NCBI GenBank assembly: GCA_040396875.1
Contig: JBBAWZ010000005.1
Coordinates: 2,552-66,551, forward strand
Source: Bacilli bacterium
GTDB taxonomy: Bacteria; Bacillota_I; Bacilli_A; RFN20; CAG-826
Length of the DNA: 64,000 nt
Direction: 5' to 3'
Position numbers and translations under genes: made by a program. The notes beneath the pieces were generated by a model. The model had not been told where the DNA came from, did no database searches, and saw only the letters and a program-made list of their open reading frames with translations. Below, piece by piece: positions 50,870-58,832 of this stretch. Each line of letters begins with the position of its first letter. Positions within the stretch are counted from its first letter, which is position 1.

Positions 50870-52345
50870 ATGGCGCTAACTGATCAAGAGATTGTCCGAC
50901 GAGAAAAGCTTCAAAAACTAATGGATAAAGGGATTGATCCATTTGGTCAAAAGTTTTTAACCACACATCATTCCACACAAGTTAAAAAAATAGCAGAAGG
51001 TAAAACCCACGATGAATTAGAAGCTGCTAGTATTCAAACCTCTGTTGCCGGTCGAATCGTTCTTCTTCGTAACATGGGTAAAGCTAGTTTTATTACACTT
51101 CAAGATAAATTAGGTACGATCCAAGCCTATATTCGAAAAGATGTCATTGGTGATGAATCCTATAGTATTTTTGAACTTGCGGATTTAGGTGATATTGTTG
51201 GCGTTCAAGGAACCCTCATGCTCACCAAAACTGGTGAAATTACAGTCAAAGCAAAAACATACACACACCTTGTTAAAGCATTAAGACCGCTTCCTGAAAA
51301 ATATCATGGATTGAGTGATGTTGAAGAACGTTACCGTCGTCGTTACGTTGATTTAATTGTCAACGAAGAAGCGCGTAAAGTAGCCCTTATGCGTCCAAAA
51401 ATTATTCGCCTTATCCAACAACATATGGATGAACAAGGGTATGTTGAATTTGAAACCAGCATGCTTCAGTCCACACTTGGTGGTGCATCTGCCCGTCCAT
51501 TTGTCACCCATCACAACGCCTTGGACAGAGACTTTTATTTACGAATTGCAACCGAACTTCCCTTAAAACGATTACTCGTTGGTGGTTTAGAACGGGTTTA
51601 TGAAATTGGTCGTTTATTTAGAAACGAAGGCATTGATACGAGACACAATCCAGAATTCACCACGATTGAAGCCTATCAAGCCTATGGTGATTTATCCGAT
51701 ATGCAAAACCTTGCTCAAAACTTACTTTCAAGCTTAGCGATGAAATTGACTGGCAGTTATGAAGTACCTTGGGGCGAAAAAACAATTTCATTAAAACCCC
51801 CATTCCGTTCCGTTCATATGGTGGACCTCATTAAAGAACACACTGGCATCGATTTCTTTAAACCGATGACATTTGAACAAGCAAAAGCCCTTGCCGACAA
51901 ACACAACATCCATTTAGAAAAACATGAAAATGCAGTTGGCTATATCATTAATAAATTCTTTGAAACCTTCTGTGAAAAGAAACTCATTCAACCAACCTTT
52001 GTGACCGGCCATCCACTGGAAATTAGTCCCCTTGCTAAAAAAAGTAAGGATACTCGCTTTACGGAAAGATTTGAACTCTTTATCGATGGTTCTGAATATG
52101 CCAACGCCTTCACAGAACTCAATAACCCCTTGGATCAAGAAGAACGTTTCCAAGCGCAACTTGCTGCAAAAGCAAGAGGGGATAAGGAAGCATCTGAAAA
52201 CGATGTTGATTTCCTTGAAGCCTTACAATTTGGCATGCCGCCTGCTGGTGGTATTGGTATCGGTATTGATCGCTTAGTGATGCTCCTCACCAATCAAAGC
52301 TCAATTCGAGAAGTAATTTTATTCCCAACTTTAAAAACCAAGTAA
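50870..52345 (+). CDS. lysS: Lysyl-tRNA synthetase, class II
   Basis: OB-fold N-domain, RYVDLI, FRNEGID and GGIGIGIDRLVMLL motifs. Confidence 0.96.
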   Translation: MALTDQEIVRREKLQKLMDKGIDPFGQKFLTTHHSTQVKKIAEGKTHDELEAASIQTSVAGRIVLLRNMGKASFITLQDKLGTIQAYIRKDVIGDESYSIFELADLGDIVGVQGTLMLTKTGEITVKAKTYTHLVKALRPLPEKYHGLSDVEERYRRRYVDLIVNEEARKVALMRPKIIRLIQQHMDEQGYVEFETSMLQSTLGGASARPFVTHHNALDRDFYLRIATELPLKRLLVGGLERVYEIGRLFRNEGIDTRHNPEFTTIEAYQAYGDLSDMQNLAQNLLSSLAMKLTGSYEVPWGEKTISLKPPFRSVHMVDLIKEHTGIDFFKPMTFEQAKALADKHNIHLEKHENAVGYIINKFFETFCEKKLIQPTFVTGHPLEISPLAKKSKDTRFTERFELFIDGSEYANAFTELNNPLDQEERFQAQLAAKARGDKEASENDVDFLEALQFGMPPAGGIGIGIDRLVMLLTNQSSIREVILFPTLKTK

Positions 52346-52404
52346 CCAAAGTCTACAAAACTTCACTATTCATAGGTAAGGAGACGATAATAAAGCATTT
52401 TTTC

Positions 52405-52433
52405 TTTACATCAAAGAGAGTGTCCCTTATACT
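52405..52433 (+). promoter_or_regulatory. Sigma-70-type promoter for rpsF-ssb-rpsR
   Basis: TTTACA (52405-52410), a 17-nt spacer, then TATACT (52428-52433). Confidence 0.5.
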
Positions 52434-52514
52434 CTTTACGTATAGCGTGAAGGCTATTCATATACTCTCTGCTTCCAGTGAATGGGAGCCAGAATGTCCA
52501 GAGGGAGGTGCTTT

Positions 52515-52805
52515 ATGAGAAAGTACGAAATCATGTACATTGTGCGTGATGGCTTAGACGAAGAAACCCGTAAAGCTGAAGTGGCTAAAGTCCACGCAGT
52601 TTTAACGTCCAATGGTGCCACAATCACCAACGTAAACGAATGGGGTTCTCGTGACCTTGCTTATGAAATTAAAGAGCAACGTAAAGGCTATTACGTCGTT
52701 GTGAAAGCAACGGCATCAGCGGAAGCGGTTAAAGAATTTGACCGTCTTGCAAAGATTAACAATGCACTATTACGTCATTTAATCATCGTTGATCCTGAAC
52801 AATAA
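52515..52805 (+). CDS. rpsF: 30S ribosomal protein S6
   Basis: MRKYEIMYIVRD... Start trimmed to the ATG preceded by GAGGGAGG. Confidence 0.95.
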   Translation: MRKYEIMYIVRDGLDEETRKAEVAKVHAVLTSNGATITNVNEWGSRDLAYEIKEQRKGYYVVVKATASAEAVKEFDRLAKINNALLRHLIIVDPEQ

Positions 52806-52819
52806 GGAAGGTTTAACCT

Positions 52820-53245
52820 ATGATTAATCGCGCTGTCATCGTTGGTCGTTTGACTAAAAACCCAGAATTAAGAAAATCTGCTGCCGGCAATAGCTTTGCA
52901 TCCTTCACGGTTGCTATTGATAACCGCACAAAACCTGGCGAACCTAAAACTGCTTCATTTATCAACTGCATCACCTTCGGTAATACAGCCGATAACTTAG
53001 CAAAATACACTCGCAAGGGAAGCTTAATTGGTGTTGAAGGTAGACTCCAACAACGAAACTATGAAACCAAAGATGGTCGCAAAGGCAGTGCCTTAGAAAT
53101 CATCGCGGATACCGTTCAATTCTTAGATTCAAAAGGAACAGGTCCAGGCGCAAACGCCGAACCCAACCCCACCCCACAACTTGAAAAAGACGACAATAAA
53201 AATTTAGAAAGTATCGATATCGTCGATGACGATCTCCCCTTCTAA
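52820..53245 (+). CDS. ssb: Single-stranded DNA-binding protein
   Basis: [20 protein letters not shown]-fold N-terminus and an acidic DDDLPF C-terminal tip. Confidence 0.93.
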   Translation: MINRAVIVGRLTKNPELRKSAAGNSFASFTVAIDNRTKPGEPKTASFINCITFGNTADNLAKYTRKGSLIGVEGRLQQRNYETKDGRKGSALEIIADTVQFLDSKGTGPGANAEPNPTPQLEKDDNKNLESIDIVDDDLPF

Positions 53246-53262
53246 AGAAAGGAACTTCATCT

Positions 53263-53490
53263 ATGGCATTTAAGAAAATGCGTCCAAAGAAGAAAGTTTG
53301 CTACTTCACCACCAATAACATCAAGCATATTGATTATAAGGATGTGGAATTACTCAAACGCTTCATTACCCCAAACGGTAAAATCGCTCCTCGTCGTGTA
53401 ACTGGCACGAATGCCCGTTACCAACGTGAATTAGCAGTCGCGATTAAAAACGCTCGATTCATGTCACTTATTCCATTCTTAATGGATTAA
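53263..53490 (+). CDS. rpsR: 30S ribosomal protein S18
   Basis: KKVCYFT...[13 protein letters not shown]...[10 protein letters not shown]. Confidence 0.95.
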   Translation: MAFKKMRPKKKVCYFTTNNIKHIDYKDVELLKRFITPNGKIAPRRVTGTNARYQRELAVAIKNARFMSLIPFLMD

Positions 53491-53512
53491 TCAAAAGTTG
53501 TTGTAAATCAAC

Positions 53513-53599
53513 AAAGCTGATTATTCTAGAGAATAGAAAAATTAGCGGTGTTTCATTAGACTTTATAGAAGACCTCAACAAGGTCTTCTTTTATTTTTT
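53513..53599 (+). repeat. Copy A of an ~85-nt repeat ending in a rho-independent terminator (rpsR terminator)
   Basis: AAAGCTGATTATTCT core at 53513-53527. Terminator AGAAGACCT-caaca-AGGTCTTCT plus a T-run at 53567-53599. A diverged second copy lies at 55970-56051. Confidence 0.65.
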
Positions 53600-53657
53600 C
53601 ACACAGAATGAAGATTGGTTCTAACAGTAGATTATATGGTTTATGAATCACCAAAAT

Positions 53658-53686
53658 TCAACAATAGAACCAAGAGATGTTAAGAT
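53658..53686 (+). promoter_or_regulatory. Candidate extended -10 promoter giving a leaderless mRNA for the 53693 gene
   Basis: TCAACA (53658-53663), a 17-nt spacer, then TGtTAAGAT (53678-53686). The ATG follows 7 nt after the -10 element and there is no Shine-Dalgarno sequence. Confidence 0.4.
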
Positions 53687-53692
53687 TTAACC

Positions 53693-54313
53693 ATGAAAGA
53701 ATCTGACTTATTCAAGCCAGTTGCAAACTTATTAAAGGCACAAGGATATGTGGTCCAAGGGGAAATCAAAAACCTTGATGTTTTTGCGGTTAAAGGCAAA
53801 ACAACCATCGCCGTCGAAATGAAATTGGCCATTAATCTTAAACTGATTTATCAAGTGGTAGACCGTTTAAAACTCGTTGATCTTGTTTATCTCGCCGTTC
53901 CCCAAAAGGTATTGAAGGCTTTAAAAAGACAGCAAAAACTATTGTTGGCATTATTAAGAAAATTAGAAGTTGGGCTAATCACTGTCCAAGATGATCGTGC
54001 CATTGTTGTCCTTGAAGCAAAACCATTTGATGCAGTACAAAGCCATCAACGAAATAAGAGAAAACAACAAGGATTGATGAAAGAGTTCTTACAACGACTC
54101 GATCACCCGCAAATCGGTGGCGTGAAAGGCCCAAGAATAACAGCCTATCGTCTCCGAGCGATGAAAATCAAAGACGTCATGACTCAAGGAAAAACTTACA
54201 CGATTCAACAATTAAAAGCCTTAACCAAAGTTTACGATGTAGCATCCATTCTTCGGCACAATTATTATGGTTGGTTCTCACACCCATCCCGCGGCCTTTA
54301 CGCATTAAGTTAA
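53693..54313 (+). CDS. PD-(D/E)xK nuclease-fold protein with a C-terminal winged-helix-like region (DUF2161-like)
   Basis: GEIKNLDVFAVKGKTTIAVEMK fits the D...E-x-K restriction-endonuclease-like motif. The linker is basic. The family name is from memory and was not searched. Confidence 0.65.
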   Translation: MKESDLFKPVANLLKAQGYVVQGEIKNLDVFAVKGKTTIAVEMKLAINLKLIYQVVDRLKLVDLVYLAVPQKVLKALKRQQKLLLALLRKLEVGLITVQDDRAIVVLEAKPFDAVQSHQRNKRKQQGLMKEFLQRLDHPQIGGVKGPRITAYRLRAMKIKDVMTQGKTYTIQQLKALTKVYDVASILRHNYYGWFSHPSRGLYALS

Positions 54314-54482
54314 TTTCATCGTGAATTTATTGGTTTCAAATCACCGATCCATTACATATCTCAAGCGGTTGTGCAAAAATAATAAAAGTCTCTGTATTTG
54401 TTGTCCACGCCGAACCACACTTTTCAAATTTTTACCTTTAATTTTTTAATCATATATAATTTTTTTAATAGGAGATCAAATA

Positions 54483-55631
54483 ATGAGTAATTCTTTATCA
54501 CAAAAGCCAAATTCACAAACCAATCGCAATCCATTGACGGGAATCCTTGGTGGAGCCTTAATCTTTCTTTGCGCTTTTCCAGTTTTGTATTTTAATGAAG
54601 CACAAGAGAACTTATCAAAAGTTGCAGAGCAAGCAGTAGAATACAACGAAGCCTTAGAATCAAGTTATCTTGGATACACCGTTGGCGCTTTCTCGGCAAC
54701 GAATAAAGCCAACGATCCCTTATTAACAAGGGAATTTGTTGCAGTCACAAGAACAGTTGAAATGTATGGATACATAGAAACTCAATCCACCGCCACCACG
54801 AATAGCGGAAATACTCAATCCAGCTTTAATAGCGAAATTCGCTACACGTATTCAAAAACTTGGCTTACCAACCCTGCACAAACCACAACTTGGCGAGGTA
54901 GGACCAGTGATTTTCCTCGAGACCTTCCAATCAACTACAACACATGGATTGTGAATTTACCTCAACCACGAACATCCACGTCAACTGGTTTATCCATCAA
55001 CAACATTCCTGTGGACGGAACTAACTTAGACCTTTCCGCGTCTAATGACTTATCCGTGACACAAGACATGATTGTAAATAATAGTTACACTGTCGTACTT
55101 AATGACTTGTATTTTACTAATCAAGAACGTTTTGATTTATCAACACCACTGATTGGTGATGTTCGTATTTCCTTCACAGTGATTGAATTTGATGATCAAG
55201 GTTTGCTTCTAGGAAACATAGATAACAATCAATTTAGTGCATTTACCACCGATAGTGGCAACATTATGTATCGTTTTTTTAACGGAGAAAGTACGATTGA
55301 AAATGTTGTTTCTCAACTTCAAACAGAATATCAGCTCACGATTTGGATATTCCGAGTGGTTGGTTTCTTAATGCTATTCGTCGGCTTGTTGCTTTCATTT
55401 AAGCCAATCTCAACGCTCTTCAATTTCATTCCAATCTTTGGATCGGTGGGCAGTGGTCTTTTCACCATCATGCTCTTTGTGGTAAGTCTTGTTTTAGCAA
55501 TCACCACCATCGTTATTTCCTTAATTGTTCAGAACATCCTTGTTGTCTCATTGATAACCCTAGGTATTTTTGGTTTGTTTTTCGTTTTGGTAAGAAGACC
55601 CAAGCCACTAAAAACAAGCACAAGCGAATAA
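54483..55631 (+). CDS. TMEM43/DUF1625-like membrane protein
   Basis: N-terminal TM followed by LYFNEAQENLSKVA (resembles the W/F-N-E-g motif), a large extracytoplasmic domain and a C-terminal 3-TM bundle. AGGAG RBS. Confidence 0.65.
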   Translation: MSNSLSQKPNSQTNRNPLTGILGGALIFLCAFPVLYFNEAQENLSKVAEQAVEYNEALESSYLGYTVGAFSATNKANDPLLTREFVAVTRTVEMYGYIETQSTATTNSGNTQSSFNSEIRYTYSKTWLTNPAQTTTWRGRTSDFPRDLPINYNTWIVNLPQPRTSTSTGLSINNIPVDGTNLDLSASNDLSVTQDMIVNNSYTVVLNDLYFTNQERFDLSTPLIGDVRISFTVIEFDDQGLLLGNIDNNQFSAFTTDSGNIMYRFFNGESTIENVVSQLQTEYQLTIWIFRVVGFLMLFVGLLLSFKPISTLFNFIPIFGSVGSGLFTIMLFVVSLVLAITTIVISLIVQNILVVSLITLGIFGLFFVLVRRPKPLKTSTSE

Positions 55632-55969
55632 TAACCCTAGCGGTGTACTTGCTATTATTTTAGAATAAATTTTTTTACATTATTCAAAGACGAAAATACC
55701 ACCACCAACATAGATCTTAAGACACTGAGCTTAGTTCCAAAGTATTTCGATCACCTCTAATAAAGTCTAGTGAATAATCCTATCTTTGTATCAGTTAAAG
55801 TCCAAACGCTCATCAATTTCTCATAGAATTATTTGCAATTGAAGTGGTCACACTCAGCACAAGCTATGCCACCGATGGTTTGTGCTTAATTTAACATAGA
55901 AAAATCAACCCCTTAGTCTCTGTGGTGGTGTTGCTGATAAGGTATTTATTGGACTCTATGTGAAACTAT

Positions 55970-56051
55970 AAAGCTGATTATTCTCTAAAACAGAAAACCA
56001 GCCAGCATCTTACATAGATATATAGAGACCTTGTTATTCAAGGTCTTTTTA
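55970..56051 (+). repeat. Copy B of the ~85-nt terminator-containing repeat
   Basis: An identical 15-mer AAAGCTGATTATTCT at 55970-55984, a shared AGAAAA and TATAGAGACC, and the terminator AGACCTTG-ttatt-CAAGGTCT plus TTTT at 56026-56051. Confidence 0.65.
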
Positions 56052-56112
56052 TATGTTTTCCCATACTAGACCAAGGATAGTCATCCCAGCAGAATATGCG
56101 ATAAAAACAAGT

Positions 56113-56248
56113 GTTTGCACATGAAGGCGTGAGGATTCTCCCTAGGAGAATATTGCTTCCCCTCATAGGTGAATATAGTGCATCGTTAGGATGCTTAGGA
56201 CGATGAGGGAATTTGTATTAAACAGGCTTAACGACTTCATGTGCGAAC
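56113..56248 (+). promoter_or_regulatory. Candidate structured leader or riboswitch-like RNA upstream of gdpP-rplI-dnaB; class unknown
   Basis: A 14-bp closing helix pairs GTTTGCACATGAAG (56113-56126) with CTTCATGTGCGAAC (56235-56248), with one G-U. Inner hairpins are ATTCTCC-cta-GGAGAAT (56135-56151) and TTCCCCT/CATCGT...ACGATGAGGGAA (56157-56211). Confidence 0.45.
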
Positions 56249-56274
56249 AAAAGTCCCTAACAGGACTTTTTTTC
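56249..56274 (+). terminator. Rho-independent terminator 1 of the gdpP leader
   Basis: AAGTCC-ctaaca-GGACTT followed by TTTTT. Confidence 0.65.
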
Positions 56275-56282
56275 TTGAAATG

Positions 56283-56306
56283 TCGATGCAACTTGCATCG
56301 ATTTTT
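56283..56306 (+). terminator. Rho-independent terminator 2 of the gdpP leader
   Basis: TCGATGCA-act-TGCATCGA, an 8-bp perfect stem, followed by TTTTT. It ends 23 nt before the gdpP ATG. Confidence 0.6.
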
Positions 56307-56328
56307 CATATATAATTTTCTAGGGAAT

Positions 56329-58377
56329 ATGATTAAAATACTTTCAAAACTTCGGACCACCACTTTACTTGTTTTATTTTTTGAATTGTTGTTAGTGGCC
56401 GGCATTATTGTCTTCTATTATTACGACTTATTAGGTATTCAAAGTATCTTAACTTACTCTGTTATCTTTGCTTTGGTTGGCATTCTTTTTGTTTTCAATG
56501 TTATTTACATGCTTTCTTTCTTAGCCACTATTCTTAGTAACCGTCAAAAAAAGGATTTAAAAACAGCTGATTTACTTGGTTCTGATATCCCAGAAGCATA
56601 TCGATACGCAGGTTTAGGCATCATTTTATTAGACCAAGACGATCAAGTCATTTGGGTTAACGAAGTTATTCAAGATCTTCAACCCAACCTCGTTGAAACC
56701 AACATTCATGAATGGAAAAAAGAGTTATCTCCGTTACTACAAGGTATTAAAACCAGTGTTCAACTTGTGCTTTCCGGAAAAGTTTTTGAAGTTAAGTTTT
56801 TAACGACCTCACGGATGTTTATCCTTAAAGACATCACCTCCTATGAAGACTTGCTGTTAATCAATCGTAACCAAAGTCCAGTTCTAGGATATGTCGTGCT
56901 TGATAACTATGAAGAAAACGCTCCTGCATTCGATGAAAAGAGTGACTATATTTCCAAAATTCGTTCATCCATCATTGCTTATTTTTCCGGTTTTGGATTT
57001 GTCATTCAACGGATTCGCAGTGACTCCTATTTTTTAATTGGTCCCGTATTAGCGTTTAACAAGATGAAAGAAGACAAATATCGAATCGTAGAAACCGTCT
57101 TTGCGATTGATCGTCAAAAAGAAAGACAAATCACCATTTCAATTGGGATGGCATTAGGTACGAGTGACGATTACACAAAGCTCAATGGTCGCGCTGTTGA
57201 AGCGCTTGAACTTGCGGTTGCACGTGGTGGAAACCAAGGTATCATCGATGAAGATAGCAAAAAGCAATTCTTTGGTGGTTATCGCTTGAGCCAAGAAAAT
57301 GAAATGAAGACCGCTCAACGGATTAAAGAACGAAACGATAAGATTTTAAGAAATATTCTCGAAGCGAAAAACGTTTACATTGTCGGTCACTTGGATGCAG
57401 ATATGGACGCGCTTGGTTCTGCATTAGGTGTACGAGCGATTTGTGAACATCTTAAAATTCCCAGCAGAATTATTTTTGACTATGCTTTTTCAGAAAAAAG
57501 AGCAAGCCAAGCTGTCTCGGGTGAGTTTTCTCCGAGTGAAAACAAACAAATTTTTATTAAATCCGTCGATGCGATTGCTCAAGTTACAAGTCAAGATTTG
57601 ATTGTGGTTGTTGACGTCAGCCGTCCTTCTTTAGTGATGGGAAATCAAATCCTTGATAAAGACATTCCTACCATCGTCATTGATCACCACAAGCGTACCG
57701 ATGAATTTATTGCCAAAGTCTCCATGGAACCGGTTATTGATACGTCCGCATCGAGTGCAACTGAATTAGTTGTAGATATCATCCTCCATAACAAATACTT
57801 CAAATCTTTTGAATTTAAATTACCTTCTTTGATTGCGACTATTATGTTGTCAGGCATTTACCTCGACACAAACTTCTATAAATTAAAATCTGTCGGACCA
57901 AGAACTTTTGATGCCTCACGATTCTTAATTGAAAAAGGTGCAGACACCAATAAAGCTCACGAATTACTGAAAGAAGACTATAACGACTTATTGATTATCA
58001 ACCGTGTCACTTCTTCTGCTGAAAGCATTCAAAGCGATATCCTCCTTGCATCCTTTAATGAAGACGAAATTATTCAAAACGAATCCGCACTTATCGCTAA
58101 GGTTGCTAACGCCATCATGGACATGCGTGGTATTAAAGCCGCTATTGTCATTGGCAAAGTCACACCCAATGGTTATACTAAAGTCTCTTGCCGAAGTGAT
58201 GGAAGTATCAACGTCGCGATGTTAATGGAAAAAATTGGTGGTGGTGGTCATTACACGGCGGCCGGTTACGAAACCAAAGTTGTTGAACCCATTCAAGCCG
58301 TCAAGGCAAGAGTGTTAGAAACACTCAAAGAATATTTAACACGCGCTCGAGAAATGCAAATCAAAGAAGGAAATTAA
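56329..58377 (+). CDS. gdpP: Cyclic-di-AMP phosphodiesterase GdpP (2 TM + PAS-like + degenerate GGDEF + DHH/DHHA1)
   Basis: IVGHLDADMDALGS, VIDHHKR (DHH) and GGGGHYTAAG (DHHA1) motifs. It sits in the yybT-rplI-dnaC position. Start trimmed to MIKILSKLRTTTLL, because the track extension would run through two terminator hairpins. Confidence 0.9.
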   Translation: MIKILSKLRTTTLLVLFFELLLVAGIIVFYYYDLLGIQSILTYSVIFALVGILFVFNVIYMLSFLATILSNRQKKDLKTADLLGSDIPEAYRYAGLGIILLDQDDQVIWVNEVIQDLQPNLVETNIHEWKKELSPLLQGIKTSVQLVLSGKVFEVKFLTTSRMFILKDITSYEDLLLINRNQSPVLGYVVLDNYEENAPAFDEKSDYISKIRSSIIAYFSGFGFVIQRIRSDSYFLIGPVLAFNKMKEDKYRIVETVFAIDRQKERQITISIGMALGTSDDYTKLNGRAVEALELAVARGGNQGIIDEDSKKQFFGGYRLSQENEMKTAQRIKERNDKILRNILEAKNVYIVGHLDADMDALGSALGVRAICEHLKIPSRIIFDYAFSEKRASQAVSGEFSPSENKQIFIKSVDAIAQVTSQDLIVVVDVSRPSLVMGNQILDKDIPTIVIDHHKRTDEFIAKVSMEPVIDTSASSATELVVDIILHNKYFKSFEFKLPSLIATIMLSGIYLDTNFYKLKSVGPRTFDASRFLIEKGADTNKAHELLKEDYNDLLIINRVTSSAESIQSDILLASFNEDEIIQNESALIAKVANAIMDMRGIKAAIVIGKVTPNGYTKVSCRSDGSINVAMLMEKIGGGGHYTAAGYETKVVEPIQAVKARVLETLKEYLTRAREMQIKEGN

Positions 58378-58829
58378 TGATGAAAGTTATTCTACTCAAA
58401 GATGTGAAAAACATTGGTAAAAAAGACCAAGAAATTGAAGTGGCGAATGGTTATGCTGCTAATTATCTTTTCCCGAATAAACTTGCGGTTGCCTTAACGA
58501 ATCGTGGCAAAGAAATTCGAGATGAACAACAACAACAATTAAAAAACATCGAAGATCAAAAAATTGCGGAAGCTCAAGAATTGGTGGGCAAACTTGCCTC
58601 GATTACCCTTGAATTTAAGGCTAAAATTGCTGGTGATGGCAGAATGATTGGTACCATTTCCACCAAACAAATTGTTGAAGAACTTAAAGAAAAACACAAA
58701 CTCACGATTGATAAGCGTAAGTTTATTGATCACTTTTTGGTCAACGCGCTTGGATTCACAAGACTTAAGATAGAATTACATAAAGGTGTCATCGGTACGG
58801 TTACCGTTCACGTCACAGAAAGTAAATAG
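58377..58829 (+). CDS. rplI: 50S ribosomal protein L9
   Basis: MKVILLKDVKNIGKKDQEIEVANGYAANYLFP. Confidence 0.93.
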   Translation: MMKVILLKDVKNIGKKDQEIEVANGYAANYLFPNKLAVALTNRGKEIRDEQQQQLKNIEDQKIAEAQELVGKLASITLEFKAKIAGDGRMIGTISTKQIVEELKEKHKLTIDKRKFIDHFLVNALGFTRLKIELHKGVIGTVTVHVTESK

Positions 58830-58832
58830 GTC

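Noticed and set aside
55640-56051. Possible RNase P RNA. The region is ~410 nt and ORF-free, contains AAAGTCCAAACGCTC (like the P4 5' strand) and CAACCCCTTAG (like the type-B GGTAAACCCCTCGAG), and ends in a terminator.
   Set aside because: It lacks the near-invariant GAGGAAAGUCC and ACAGAA..GGCUUA elements. The putative P4 partner TTGGACT would pair the normally bulged U. The spacing between elements (~150 nt) is about half of what real RNase P RNAs show.
56163-56405. An 80-aa minus-strand ORF, and the 46-aa N-terminal extension of the gdpP track ORF (56191-56328).
   Set aside because: Both run through the closing helix and the two terminator hairpins of the leader. The gdpP homology and its TM helices start at MIKILSKL (56329).
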